NCBI GenBank assembly: GCA_030654395.1
Contig: JAURXM010000075.1
Coordinates: 12,274-76,273, forward strand
From: Aquabacterium sp.
Lineage (GTDB): Bacteria > Pseudomonadota > Gammaproteobacteria > Burkholderiales > Burkholderiaceae_C
Direction: 5' to 3'
Length of the DNA: 64,000 bases
A program made the position numbers and the translations under genes. Positions 11,643 to 21,514 of the stretch are shown in pieces (position 1 is the first letter of the stretch; every line of letters begins with the position of its first letter). Below the pieces are notes generated by a model. It was given only the letters and a program-made list of their open reading frames with translations. It was not told where the DNA came from and did no database searches.

Positions 11643-12413
11643 ATGCAAACCCTAGATGCCCCGTTGATTCCGACCGCCGACACCACGCGTTTCGTGCTGC
11701 TCAACACGAGCCACCCGGGCAATGTCGGATCGACCGCGCGGGCCATGAAGGTCATGGGTTTCTCGGACCTGGTTCTCGTTTCGCCACGCTACTCGAACGT
11801 CAAGGGCAAGGCCGATGCGATTTCGCTGGCCAGCGGTGCGCTCGACGTGCTCGACGGTGCGCGCGTCGTCGACACGCTGGCCGAGGCGCTCGACGGCATC
11901 ACTTACGCGTGCGCCACCGCGATGACACCGCGAGATTTCGGACCGCCGACGCACGCGCCACGCGAGTTGTTCTCGACGCTGGTCTCGCAACCGCACCGGG
12001 TCGCATTCGTCTTCGGATCCGAGCGCTACGGGATGAGCAACGACGACGTGTACCTGTGCCACGCCTGCCTCAGCATTCCGACCGCGCCGGGCTATGGATC
12101 GCTGAACCTGGCGCAGGCGGTGCAGCTGATCGCCTACGACTGGCGACAGGCGCTGGGCGGCTTCGAGGTCGTCTCGCGCACCGCTGACCCGACGCTGGCC
12201 GACGCGGTGGCAGTGCAGGGCGCGCTCGATCATTGGAAGCGGGTGCTCGTTGACATCGGGTTTCTGAATCCGGAGGCGCCGCAGAAGCTGATGCCGCGGC
12301 TTCGCCAGTTGCTCAATCGGGCGCAGCTGACGCAGGAGGAGGTGCACATCCTGCGCGGCATCGCTCGTGCCGCCGCAACCGTGTCGACGGGACGCAGCCA
12401 CAAGGCGGACTGA
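11643..12413 (+). CDS. trmJ: tRNA (C32/U32) 2'-O-methyltransferase, TrmJ family
   Basis: TSHPGNVG..ARAMK.MG, VFGSERYG, SLNLAQAV. Confidence 0.92.
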   Translation: MQTLDAPLIPTADTTRFVLLNTSHPGNVGSTARAMKVMGFSDLVLVSPRYSNVKGKADAISLASGALDVLDGARVVDTLAEALDGITYACATAMTPRDFGPPTHAPRELFSTLVSQPHRVAFVFGSERYGMSNDDVYLCHACLSIPTAPGYGSLNLAQAVQLIAYDWRQALGGFEVVSRTADPTLADAVAVQGALDHWKRVLVDIGFLNPEAPQKLMPRLRQLLNRAQLTQEEVHILRGIARAAATVSTGRSHKAD

Positions 12414-12503
12414 GGCGACGCCGGGCCAAGCTCAAATCCGCACCCGGGTCGGTCCGAAATTCGCGTCGCTAAACTCGCAGCTTCATTCGAATTTCGCATT
12501 TCC

Positions 12504-13271
12504 ATGTTCACACGCCTGCGCGAAGACATCGACTGCATCCGCGAGCGCGATCCGGCGGCTCGGTCGACGCTGGAAGTGCTGACCTGCTCCCCGGGCCTGC
12601 ATGCGCTGGCGCTGCACCGCATCGCCCACGCCTGCTGGGTGAACGAGTGGCACTGGCTGGGGCGTTTCACCTCGCATGTGGCGCGTTTCCTGACCGGCAT
12701 CGAGATCCATCCGGGCGCCGTGATCGGGCGCCGTGTCTTCATCGATCACGGCATGGGCGTCGTGATCGGCGAGACTGCGGAAATCGGTGACGACTGCACC
12801 ATCTACCAGGGCGTGACCCTGGGCGGCACCTCGCTCTACAAGGGCAGCAAGCGTCATCCGACACTGGGCAAGGGCGTGGTCGTCAGCGCGGGCGCCAAGG
12901 TGCTGGGCGGTTTCACCGTCGGCGACGGCGCGAGGGTCGGATCGAACGCGGTGCTGCTGAAGCCGGTGCCGCCGGGCGCCACGGCGGTGGGTATTCCGGC
13001 TCGCATCATCGAGGCGCAGTCCGATGCGGCTCGTGAAGAGGCGTCGGCCCGCATGGGCTTTTCAGCCTACGGCGTGACGCAGGGTGACGACCCGGTGGCG
13101 CAGGCGATGCGCGGGTTGATCGACAACGCGGCCGGCTCGGCGCACCAGATCGCGCTGCTGTGGGCGGCCATCGAGACGCTGTCGGCCGCGCAGCCCGGCT
13201 GCGAGGTGCACCGTGAAGCGCAACCTGCCGAGGCCTTCGACGCCGAGCACTACAAGCAGATGATGAAGTAG
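12504..13271 (+). CDS. cysE: serine O-acetyltransferase
   Basis: [33 protein letters not shown]. Confidence 0.96.
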   Translation: MFTRLREDIDCIRERDPAARSTLEVLTCSPGLHALALHRIAHACWVNEWHWLGRFTSHVARFLTGIEIHPGAVIGRRVFIDHGMGVVIGETAEIGDDCTIYQGVTLGGTSLYKGSKRHPTLGKGVVVSAGAKVLGGFTVGDGARVGSNAVLLKPVPPGATAVGIPARIIEAQSDAAREEASARMGFSAYGVTQGDDPVAQAMRGLIDNAAGSAHQIALLWAAIETLSAAQPGCEVHREAQPAEAFDAEHYKQMMK

Positions 13272-13329
13272 AGGGGGCGAGGCTTTCTGCTGCGCGAAGA
13301 AATCCTCGCACCCTCTGAGCGCGTCGGCT

Positions 13330-13935
13330 TCACGGCGGTGTGGGCCGCAGCGCCGTCTTCGGCCGGAATGCCTTGCAGACAGCTGGATCGGTCTCGAAAT
13401 ACGGCCCACCGATCAGGTCGATGCAGTACGGCACGGCCGCGAAGATGCCCGGCACGGCGGGTGTTGCGGCCGGCAGGCCTTCCAGCGTCTCGGCGATCGA
13501 TTTCGGCTGCCCCGGCAGGTTGATGATCAGCGCCTTGCCTCGAATCACCGCAACCTGCCGCGACAGGATCGCCGTCGGCACGAAGTTCAGGCTGATGCTG
13601 CGCATCTGCTCGCCGAAGCCTGGCATCACCTTGTGCGCCACCGCCAGCGTGGCTTCGGGTGTCACGTCGCGCAGTGCCGGGCCGGTACCTCCGGTGGTCA
13701 GCACGAGGTCGCAGCCGGCATCGTCGACCAGTGCACACAGTGCGGCGCGGATGCCGTCCAGATCGTCTGGGATCAGGCGTGTTTCCCACAGCACCGGATT
13801 GAGCACGGCGCGCGATAGCCAGTCTTTCAGCGCTGGCAAGCCCTTGTCCTCATAGACGCCGGACGAGGCTCGGTCGCTGATCGACACGATGCCGATTCGC
13901 ACGGTGTCGAAAACGGGGGCGGTGGCTTCACTCAT
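13330..13935 (-). CDS. mog: molybdopterin adenylyltransferase
   Basis: SISDRAS.G.YED, TTGGTGP..RDVTPEAT, INLPGQPK. Confidence 0.95.
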   Translation of the reverse strand: MSEATAPVFDTVRIGIVSISDRASSGVYEDKGLPALKDWLSRAVLNPVLWETRLIPDDLDGIRAALCALVDDAGCDLVLTTGGTGPALRDVTPEATLAVAHKVMPGFGEQMRSISLNFVPTAILSRQVAVIRGKALIINLPGQPKSIAETLEGLPAATPAVPGIFAAVPYCIDLIGGPYFETDPAVCKAFRPKTALRPTPP

Positions 13936-13957
13936 GTCGATCTCTCGTCGGGGGTCG

Positions 13958-14524
13958 TCAGGTGTCGTCGGCCGATTCGGCCTGTTGTTGCATCGGGTAT
14001 TGGCGGATGAACTTGAACAGCTCACGGAACGCCCTGCCGCTGCGCTGCTCGGGTGCCACTGACGCGTCCTTGCGAGCCGCGCGGATCAGGCTGCGCAACT
14101 GTTGCACGTCGGCCTGCGGGCGCTGCGCCGTCCAGTCGGTCAGTGCATCGTCGCTGGCGATCAGCTCGGCACGCCAGCGCTCGGCGTCGTGCAGCGCCAG
14201 TGCGTCCTTCGCATGACCGAGCTGCATCGCAGCCACCGCCTCGCGCAGCGGTTCGGGATCGGTGCGGCGCATCAGCTTGCCGATGTACTGCATCTGACGA
14301 CGCCGGCCTTCGTGCGTCTTGGTCCCGCGGTACTGGCGGATCGCGTCCATCAGGATCTCGTCCATCGGCAGGTCGACCAGCCGGTTGTCCGGCATCTCGA
14401 CCAGCGCCACGCCCAGGTCCTGCAGGTCGTGCGAGTCCTTCTTGCGCCGCGTCTTGCTCGGACGCGTCAGCCACGCCGGGATGGGTTCGGTTTCTGAAGT
14501 GTCCGCGGAGTCGTTCTGTGGCAT
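13958..14524 (-). CDS. yjgA: ribosome biogenesis factor YjgA (DarP)
   Basis: PSKTRRK, EGRRRQMQYIGKLMR; divergent from pmbA. Confidence 0.93.
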   Translation of the reverse strand: MPQNDSADTSETEPIPAWLTRPSKTRRKKDSHDLQDLGVALVEMPDNRLVDLPMDEILMDAIRQYRGTKTHEGRRRQMQYIGKLMRRTDPEPLREAVAAMQLGHAKDALALHDAERWRAELIASDDALTDWTAQRPQADVQQLRSLIRAARKDASVAPEQRSGRAFRELFKFIRQYPMQQQAESADDT

Positions 14525-14751
14525 GTCGTGTGGGGGATTTACGTGGTTGCGCGCTGATCGGGGCAGGGCGCAGGGCGATGTGCAGGACAACGTCGTCTGC
14601 GGACAAGCGCTCGGTATCATAGCTACGAGGTTTCGGCCTCTGCGCCCCGGCCGGCATCGGCATGGCATTTCCGTCGAAGCGACGATGTCTGCGCGAATCC
14701 GACCCGACACGGCCCTTGCCACACCCAGCATCTCACCTTGCGCCCATACCC

Positions 14752-16149
14752 ATGCCCAGCACGACCTTGCCGTCATCCTCACCCACCGGATTTGCCTACT
14801 CCCGTGCCGATTTCCAGCAGCTGGTCGACGACGCGCTGAAATTCGCCGCCTCGCTCGGGGCCAGCGATGCGGGCGCCGAGGTGTCCGAGGGCGTCGGCCT
14901 GTCGGTGTCGGTGCGCAAAGGCGAGATCGAGAACGTCGAGCGCAACCGCGACAAGTCCATCGGCGTGTCGATCTACATGGGCCAGCGGCGCGGCAATGCG
15001 AGCACCTCCGATTTTTCCCGTGCGGCACTCGAGCAGACAGTGCGCGCGGCACACGACATCGCGCGCTTCACCGCCGAGGACCCGGCCGCCGGACTGCCTG
15101 ATGCGGCCGATCTGGCGTTCGGCGACGCAGCCACGCTCGACCTCGACCTGTTCCATCCGTGGGCTATCGATGCCGAAGGCGCTGCTGAGATTGCCCGGCG
15201 CTGCGAGCGGGCGGCACTGTCCGTCGACAAGCGGATCACCAATTCCGAAGGGGCCGGAGTCTCGGCGCAGCAGTCGCATTTCTTCGCCGGCAACAGCCGC
15301 GGATTTCGGGGCGGCTACGCCAGTTCGCGGCATTCGCTGTCGGTGGCGCCGATCGCATCGCTGCCCGGTCGCACTGGCGACGACATGCAGCGCGACGCCT
15401 GGTACAGCTCGATGCGCGCGGCCGGCGATCTGGCTCAGCCCGAGGCGGTGGGCCGCTACGCCGCCGAGCGCGCGCTGTCGCGCCTGAAGTCACGCAAGGT
15501 CAAGACCTGCGAGGTGCCGGTGCTGTTCGAATCGACCGTCGCGGCGGGTCTGCTCGGCGCCTATGTGCAGGCGGTGAGTGGCGGTGCGCTGTACCGCAAG
15601 TCGAGCTTCCTGCTCGACAGCCTGGGCAAGCGGGTGCTGTCGCGGCACATCGACATCCACGAAGACCCGCACCTGGGACGTGGCAAGAGCAGCGCACCGT
15701 TCGACGACGAGGGCGTGGTCACCCAGGCACGCGAAGTTGTCAAAGGTGGCGTGGCGCAGGGCTATTTCCTGTCGAGCTACTCGGCGCGCAAGCTGGGGAT
15801 GCGCACCACCGGTCATGCAGGCGGGTCGCAGAACCTCACGCTGACCAGCCGCCTGACCCATCCCGGCGACGATCTGCCGGCGATGCTGCGCAAGCTCGAT
15901 CGCGGCCTGTTCGTCATCGAGCTGATGGGGCAGGGCGTCAACCAGGTCACCGGCGACTACTCGCGCGGCGCCGCCGGCTTCTGGGTCGAGCGCGGCCGCA
16001 TCGCGTATCCGGTGCACGAGATCACCATCGCCGGCAACCTGAAACAGATGTTCCAGAACATCTCCGCGGTTGGTGCCGACGCGTACACGATGGGCGGCAA
16101 GACGATCGGCTCGGTGCTGATCGACTCGATGAAGATCGCCGGCAGCTGA
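14752..16149 (+). CDS. pmbA: metalloprotease PmbA (TldE)
   Basis: GLSVSVR.GEIE, FDDEGV, GQGVNQVTGDYSRGAAG, EITIAGNL. Confidence 0.95.
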   Translation: MPSTTLPSSSPTGFAYSRADFQQLVDDALKFAASLGASDAGAEVSEGVGLSVSVRKGEIENVERNRDKSIGVSIYMGQRRGNASTSDFSRAALEQTVRAAHDIARFTAEDPAAGLPDAADLAFGDAATLDLDLFHPWAIDAEGAAEIARRCERAALSVDKRITNSEGAGVSAQQSHFFAGNSRGFRGGYASSRHSLSVAPIASLPGRTGDDMQRDAWYSSMRAAGDLAQPEAVGRYAAERALSRLKSRKVKTCEVPVLFESTVAAGLLGAYVQAVSGGALYRKSSFLLDSLGKRVLSRHIDIHEDPHLGRGKSSAPFDDEGVVTQAREVVKGGVAQGYFLSSYSARKLGMRTTGHAGGSQNLTLTSRLTHPGDDLPAMLRKLDRGLFVIELMGQGVNQVTGDYSRGAAGFWVERGRIAYPVHEITIAGNLKQMFQNISAVGADAYTMGGKTIGSVLIDSMKIAGS

Positions 16150-16209
16150 GCCGCACGGGATCGATCACACGCAATGAGCCAGATCTGGCCGGTCGCAGGA
16201 GCGCGAGGC

Positions 16210-17292
16210 ATGCAACGTCGTCGATTCATCCGTCACAGCGGCCTGGCTGGTGTGCTGGCCGCAGCGTCCGCTCCGGCCATCGTGCACGCGCAGGCCAACC
16301 TGCGCTGGCGGCTCGCGTCGAGCTTCCCGAAGTCGCTGGACACCATCTACGGCGCCGCAGAGTTGTTTGCAAAGAAGGTCGGCGAGATGACTGGAGGCAA
16401 GTTCCATATCAGCGTGCACCCGGCCGGTGAGCTGCTGCCCCCGTTCGGTGTGGTTGATGGCGTGCAGGCGGCCACGGTCGAGATGGCGCACACGGTGCCG
16501 TACTACTACTTCGGCAAGGACGAGACCTTCGCGATCGGCGCGGCGATCCCGTTCGGGCTGAACTCGCGCCAGATGACAGCCTGGATGTACCGCGGCAACG
16601 GCCTGAAGTTGATGCGCGAGTTCTACGCCAAGTACAACATCATCAACTTCCCCGGCGGCAACACCGGGGTGCAGATGGGCGGTTGGTACCGCAAGGAAAT
16701 CAAGACACTGGCCGACATCAAGGGCCTGAAGATCCGCATCGGTGGATTCGCCGGTCGCGTCATCGAACGCATGGGTGCGGTGGCGCAGAACATCCCCGGC
16801 GGCGAGGTCTACCAGGCGCTGGAGAAGGGCACGATCGACGCCGTCGAATGGGTGGGCCCCTACGACGATCAGAAGCTCGGCTTCAACAAGGTCGCCCCGT
16901 TCTATCACTACCCCGGCTGGTGGGAGGGCGGCCCGCAGATCGACTTCTTCGTCAACACGCAGGCCTATGCGGCCTTGCCTGCGGACTACAAGACCATCGT
17001 CGAGATGGCGGCGTCGCATGTGCACGTCGACATGCAGGCCAACTACGACGCGAAGAACCCGCCGGCGCTGAAGGCGCTGGTGGCGGCCGGCGTCAAGGTG
17101 CTGCCGTTTCCGAAGCCGGTGCTTGACGAAGCCTTCAAGCAGTCGATGGGCTTGTACGAAGAGTTGAGCGCGAAGAACCCGAACTGGAAGAAGGTCTACG
17201 ACGACTACGCCGCCTTCCGCCGCGATCAGAACCTGTGGTTCCGGTTCGCCGAAGCCAGCTTCGATCGGTACATGCAGGGCGTAAGGTTCTGA
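16210..17292 (+). CDS. TRAP transporter substrate-binding protein (TakP/DctP-like, Tat signal)
   Basis: RRRFI Tat motif, WRLASSFPKSLD, GNTGVQMGGW, GTIDAVEWVGPYDD, YPGWWE. Confidence 0.93.
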   Translation: MQRRRFIRHSGLAGVLAAASAPAIVHAQANLRWRLASSFPKSLDTIYGAAELFAKKVGEMTGGKFHISVHPAGELLPPFGVVDGVQAATVEMAHTVPYYYFGKDETFAIGAAIPFGLNSRQMTAWMYRGNGLKLMREFYAKYNIINFPGGNTGVQMGGWYRKEIKTLADIKGLKIRIGGFAGRVIERMGAVAQNIPGGEVYQALEKGTIDAVEWVGPYDDQKLGFNKVAPFYHYPGWWEGGPQIDFFVNTQAYAALPADYKTIVEMAASHVHVDMQANYDAKNPPALKALVAAGVKVLPFPKPVLDEAFKQSMGLYEELSAKNPNWKKVYDDYAAFRRDQNLWFRFAEASFDRYMQGVRF

Positions 17293-17297
17293 CATCA

Positions 17298-17404
17298 ACT
17301 CCCTCGCCCCTTTGGGGAGAGGGTGGGGGTGATGAGGGGCTGCGTGCGGCGACCGTTATCACTCGCTGCCCTCACCCCAGCCCTCTCCCAGAGGGAGAGG
17401 GGGT
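17298..17404. repeat. inverted pair of boxC-like extragenic palindromes
   Basis: CCCTCGCCCCTTTGGGGAGAGGGTGGGGGTGA ... CCCTCACCCCAGCCCTCTCCCAGAGGGAGAGGGG between convergent genes. Confidence 0.75.
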
Positions 17405-17407
17405 CAT

Positions 17408-18946
17408 TTACTTGGAGGGCGGTGCCTTGCGGTCGGCCTCGACCGACTCTTGCAGCGCTTTCATCGGGTCTTCCTCGGCGGCATCGGCCGCGTTCTGCTC
17501 CGTCTGCATCTGGCGCAACACCGCGTCGGCGTCGATGTGCGTCGCGGCATCGTGGCTTCGCGAAACCATCCCCGGGAACGCAATGATCGTTGCGACCATC
17601 GCCAGCTGGATCAGCACGAACGGGATCGCGCCCCGGTAGATTTGGCCGATCGTGATCGGTGCAATGCGCTGGCCGGTGATCGCGTCGGTGTACTCGCGGT
17701 CCGGCGCGACGCTGCGCAGGTAGAACAGCGCGAAGCCGAACGGCGGATGCATGAAAGAGGTCTGCATGTTGACCGCCAGCAGCACGCCGAACCACACCAG
17801 GTCGATGCCGAGCGCTGTTGCCACCGGGGCGAGCAGGGGCACGACGATGAAGGCGAGTTCGAAGAAATCGAGGAAGAACGCCAGCAGGAAGATCAGCAGG
17901 TTGACGACGATCAGGAAACCCAGCACGCCGCCGGGCAAGCCGGTCAGCAGGTGCTCGACCCATTTCGGCCCGTCGACCGCCTGGAATGCGAGACTGAATA
18001 CCGTCGACCCGATCAGGATGAACAGCACGAAGCACGACAGCCGCGTGGTGCTCTCCATCGCCTGACGCAGCAGGGGCAGGTCGAGCCGGCGCCGCGCGAT
18101 CGCGATGGCGAGCGCGCCGGCCGCACCCATCGCGCCGCCTTCTGTCGGGGTGGCGACGCCGAGGAAGATCGTGCCGAGGACGAGGAAGATCAGCGCCAGT
18201 GGCGGGATCAGCACGAAGATCACCCGTGCCCCCAGCTGCACTCGGGTTTTCCAGCCCGAGCCGGATGAGTCTCGAAACATCGTGCGCGCCGACGCAGGCA
18301 TCGCCGGCACCCACTGCGGCCGCACCACGCTGATCACCGCGATGTAGACGACGTACAGCCCGGTGAGCATCAGTGCAGGCACCAGTGCGCCCTGGTACAG
18401 CGTGCCCACGCTCTGCCCCAGCTGGTCGGCCAGCACGATCAGCACCAGCGACGGCGGGATGATCTGCGCCAGTGTCCCCGAAGCCGCGATCGTGCCGGCC
18501 GCAATGCGCCGGTCGTAGCCGTAGCGCAGCATGATCGGCAGCGAGATCAGCCCCATCGAGATTACCGAGGCCGCCACTACGCCGGTGGTGGCCGCGAGCA
18601 TCGCACCGACGAAGATCACCGCGTAGGCCAGTCCGCCGCGGATCGGGCCGAACAGCTGTCCGATGGTGTCGAGCAGGTCCTCGGCCATGCCCGAGCGTTC
18701 GAGGATCAGGCCCATGAAGGTGAAGAACGGAATCGCCAGCAGCGTGTCGTTCTGCATGATGCCGACGATGCGCAGCGGCAGTGCCTGCATCAGCGACGCC
18801 GGCATCAGCCCCAGCTCGATGCCGAGCAGCGCATAGAACAGGCCGCAGGCACCCAGCGAGAACGCCACCGGAAAGCCGATCAGCAGGAAGACCACCAGCG
18901 AACCGAACATCCAGGGCGCCATGTTGGCGGCGAACAGCTCCGTCAT
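17408..18946 (-). CDS. TRAP transporter large permease (DctM)
   Basis: LLAIPFF, ASGTLAQIIPPS, QTSFMHPPFG; many TM segments. Confidence 0.94.
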   Translation of the reverse strand: MTELFAANMAPWMFGSLVVFLLIGFPVAFSLGACGLFYALLGIELGLMPASLMQALPLRIVGIMQNDTLLAIPFFTFMGLILERSGMAEDLLDTIGQLFGPIRGGLAYAVIFVGAMLAATTGVVAASVISMGLISLPIMLRYGYDRRIAAGTIAASGTLAQIIPPSLVLIVLADQLGQSVGTLYQGALVPALMLTGLYVVYIAVISVVRPQWVPAMPASARTMFRDSSGSGWKTRVQLGARVIFVLIPPLALIFLVLGTIFLGVATPTEGGAMGAAGALAIAIARRRLDLPLLRQAMESTTRLSCFVLFILIGSTVFSLAFQAVDGPKWVEHLLTGLPGGVLGFLIVVNLLIFLLAFFLDFFELAFIVVPLLAPVATALGIDLVWFGVLLAVNMQTSFMHPPFGFALFYLRSVAPDREYTDAITGQRIAPITIGQIYRGAIPFVLIQLAMVATIIAFPGMVSRSHDAATHIDADAVLRQMQTEQNAADAAEEDPMKALQESVEADRKAPPSK

Positions 18947-19488
18947 CAGGACGGACCTGCCTCGGATGTCGACTCCGTGACGGCGGGCTCAGGCAGCCAT
19001 CCACGCAGGAAGGCCAGGCGCTTGATCAGCTCGGACACGCCCTGCGCGCCGAGCAGCCCGAAACCCAGCGGCAGCAGCGCCAGCACGGGCCAGCGGATCA
19101 GGCCGCCAGCGTTGCTCGACATCTCGCCGCTCAGGTAGGCCCGCGTCACCAGTGGCCACGACAGGTTGATCACCACCACCACGAGCGGCAACAGGAAGCA
19201 GACGATGCCGAACACATCGATCCATGCCCGCGATCGGGCCGACAAGCGCGCTGACAGCACGTCAATGCGCACATGCTCCTGGCGCAGCAGCGTGTGCCCG
19301 GCGGCCAGCAGGAAGACCGCCGAGAACAGGTACCACTGGACTTCAAGGTAGGCGTTCGAACTGGTGTCGAACAGCTTGCGGACCACCGCGTTGCCGGCGC
19401 TGACCAGCACCGCTGCCAGCACCAGCCAGGCGACCCAGCGGCCGACGGCTTCGTTGAGCCGGTCGATGAGCCGTGACAGCGCAAGCAC
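18946..19488 (-). CDS. TRAP transporter small permease (DctQ)
   Basis: SNAYLEVQWY, EHVRIDV; 4 TM segments. Confidence 0.92.
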   Translation of the reverse strand: MLALSRLIDRLNEAVGRWVAWLVLAAVLVSAGNAVVRKLFDTSSNAYLEVQWYLFSAVFLLAAGHTLLRQEHVRIDVLSARLSARSRAWIDVFGIVCFLLPLVVVVINLSWPLVTRAYLSGEMSSNAGGLIRWPVLALLPLGFGLLGAQGVSELIKRLAFLRGWLPEPAVTESTSEAGPS

Positions 19489-19516
19489 GTTCAGAGGGGC
19501 AATGCGCCGGCGTCGT

Positions 19517-19861
19517 TCAGATCGACATCGCGGCCCAGAACAGCTTGCCGGATCGTGTGCCGGTGCGGCAGAAGACCACGATGGGCCGGGGCAGCGTAGT
19601 CAGCAGATCGCGGAAGCGGGCTGCCTCCTCGGGGCTCTGGTAGCCGGGAGCGACCGGCAGGTGGGCGTAAGCCAGTCCGGCTGCGGTGGCGGCGGCTTCG
19701 AGCGTGGCGCTGGTCGGCTGGTCGGGTCCGCCTTCGTGATCAGGCCGGTTGTTGATCACGCTCTGGAAGCCGGCCTGCGCCAGTAACGCCATCGCTGTGG
19801 CGTCGAGCTGGGCGGTCGCGCAGACATCGGGGCTCAGGTTCTGGAGCGGCGGCAGGCTCAT
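19517..19861 (-). CDS. TIGR01244/DUF442 sulfur transferase / phosphatase-like protein
   Basis: VINNRPDHE and FCRTGTRS (CX5R). Confidence 0.88.
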   Translation of the reverse strand: MSLPPLQNLSPDVCATAQLDATAMALLAQAGFQSVINNRPDHEGGPDQPTSATLEAAATAAGLAYAHLPVAPGYQSPEEAARFRDLLTTLPRPIVVFCRTGTRSGKLFWAAMSI

Positions 19862-19890
19862 GGCGGTTCCTTCGGATGCTGTCTGTCAGT

Positions 19891-20337
19891 TCAACGGGCG
19901 AGGGCCTGTTTCACCGCAGCAGAGACCAGGCCCATGTCGGCCTGGCCGGCCAGCTGCGCCTTGACCGCCGCCATCACCTTGCCCATGTCGCCCGGTCCGG
20001 TCGCGCCGAGTTCGGTCACGATGGCCTGCACCCGGGCGGTGATGTCTTCTGCGCTCAGACGCTGGGGCAGGTAGCCTTCGAGCACCTTCAGCTCGGCGGT
20101 TTCCTTGTCGACCAGGTCGGTGCGGCCGGCGGCGCCGAACTGCGAGATCGAGTCCTTGCGTTGCTTGATGAGCTTGTCGATGATGGCAATCACCGCCGCG
20201 TCGTCGAGCACGATGCGCTCGTCGACCTCGCGCTGCTTGCACGCGGCCAGCAGCCCGCGGATGGTCAGCAGGCGCGGCGCGTCTTTGGCGCGCATCGCGG
20301 TCTTCATGTCCTCGGTGATCTGCTCTTTCAGTGTCAT
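19891..20337 (-). CDS. GatB/YqeY domain protein
   Basis: LKEQITEDMKTAMRAKD, KQRKDS, DMGKVM; downstream of rpsU. Confidence 0.93.
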   Translation of the reverse strand: MTLKEQITEDMKTAMRAKDAPRLLTIRGLLAACKQREVDERIVLDDAAVIAIIDKLIKQRKDSISQFGAAGRTDLVDKETAELKVLEGYLPQRLSAEDITARVQAIVTELGATGPGDMGKVMAAVKAQLAGQADMGLVSAAVKQALAR

Positions 20338-20360
20338 GGTGCGCTCGCTCGGGAGGTGTC

Positions 20361-20388
20361 AAAGAAAAAGCCCGCGATGAGCGGGCTT
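20361..20388 (-). terminator. intrinsic terminator after rpsU
   Basis: AAGCCCGC-gatga-GCGGGCTT stem with T-run on the minus strand. Confidence 0.8.
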
Positions 20389-20417
20389 CTTCGAGTTCGG
20401 ATTTGCGAAGCCGCTGT

Positions 20418-20630
20418 TCAGAACAGCTTTTTCGGCAGCTGCATGCTGCGTACGCGCTTGAAGTGGCGCTTGACGGCGGCAGCCTTCTTGCGCTTGCGCT
20501 CGGCGGTGGGCTTTTCGTAGAACTCGCGCGCCCGCAGGTCGGTCAGCAAGCCGAGCTTTTCGATGGTGCGCTTGAAGCGGCGCAGTGCCACGTCGAATGG
20601 CTCGTTTTCTTTGACACGGATGGTCGTCAT
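20418..20630 (-). CDS. rpsU: 30S ribosomal protein S21
   Basis: [29 protein letters not shown]. Confidence 0.98.
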   Translation of the reverse strand: MTTIRVKENEPFDVALRRFKRTIEKLGLLTDLRAREFYEKPTAERKRKKAAAVKRHFKRVRSMQLPKKLF

Positions 20631-20891
20631 ATCTAATCACTTTCAGTTCGAATGCATTCACAGGGCTGCCGCATGGCCACCAGCTTTGCGATTCAAATTC
20701 AACACACAAACCCCCTAGGGAGTTGCCAAATATCTGACCACCTGGGTCTTGGCCCGCTTCCGTTGTTCACGTCCGGTAATCGCGAACGAAAACGAGCTGA
20801 CCTGTCTAGGCGTGCATGAATCTACTCAAATCACTCAAGCCAGCGGACTTCTTTGCAAACATGCAAGAAAGCCCCACCAACAAAGCCTGAG

Positions 20892-20920
20892 ATTATACCC
20901 CGCTTTTATATTCTGTTCCA
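20892..20920 (-). promoter_or_regulatory. putative sigma70 promoter of rpsU
   Basis: Minus strand TGGAAC-N17-TATAAT, about 260 nt upstream of the rpsU start. Confidence 0.5.
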
Positions 20921-20926
20921 GCGGTT

Positions 20927-21514
20927 TCAGCTGGCAACCCAAACCAGAGGGCCTTGGCATGAGATGCCCTGCTGCTGCGCCAACGCCTGACGGCTCATTT
21001 CATCAGGCAAAGTGGGCCAAACAGCAGAGTCTGGGTGTTTTTTGCGAGGGGCCTCCTGCTGCGCAAGCAGAAAAACCATCACTTCCGCCAAAGGCTCCAA
21101 GACGAAAGCACGCTGCATCATTCGGGGGTGCGGCAAAGTCAAGCTCTCTGTATCCACAACCGCCCCCTCATACCAAAGCAGGTCCAAATCCAGCGTGCGT
21201 GGTGCGTTGCGGTACGAGCGCTCACGGTCATGAGCGGACTCCAGCGCCAGCAAGGCATTCAGCAACTCATGCGGACCCAAGGCGGACTGGATCACCGCCA
21301 CCGCATTGATGTAATCCGGACCACCCGCATCAACAGGTTTACTTTGGTAACGCGACGAGACCGCCTCGACACATGTCCCCGGCAGTTTGCTCAAACCATC
21401 CAAGGCGGACAGCAATCTGGCTGGCACATCACCCAGATTCCCACCCATGCCGATGAAAGCCCGGCAACGCGGCGAGGCCGATAAAGCGTCCTGCGCGTTG
21501 CCCAACAAACTCAC
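20927..21514 (-). CDS. folK: 2-amino-4-hydroxy-6-hydroxymethyldihydropteridine diphosphokinase
   Basis: IGMGGNLG, DYINAV, PRTLDLDLL, LPHPRM..RAFVL.PL. Confidence 0.95.
   Translation of the reverse strand: MSLLGNAQDALSASPRCRAFIGMGGNLGDVPARLLSALDGLSKLPGTCVEAVSSRYQSKPVDAGGPDYINAVAVIQSALGPHELLNALLALESAHDRERSYRNAPRTLDLDLLWYEGAVVDTESLTLPHPRMMQRAFVLEPLAEVMVFLLAQQEAPRKKHPDSAVWPTLPDEMSRQALAQQQGISCQGPLVWVAS

Noticed and set aside
17295-19004. Long alternative-frame and antisense ORFs (e.g. 569 aa at 17295-19004, 409 aa at 1825-3054, 397 aa at 6102-7295)
   Set aside because: Arg/Pro/Ala-rich shadow ORFs of well-supported genes, expected in high-GC DNA.
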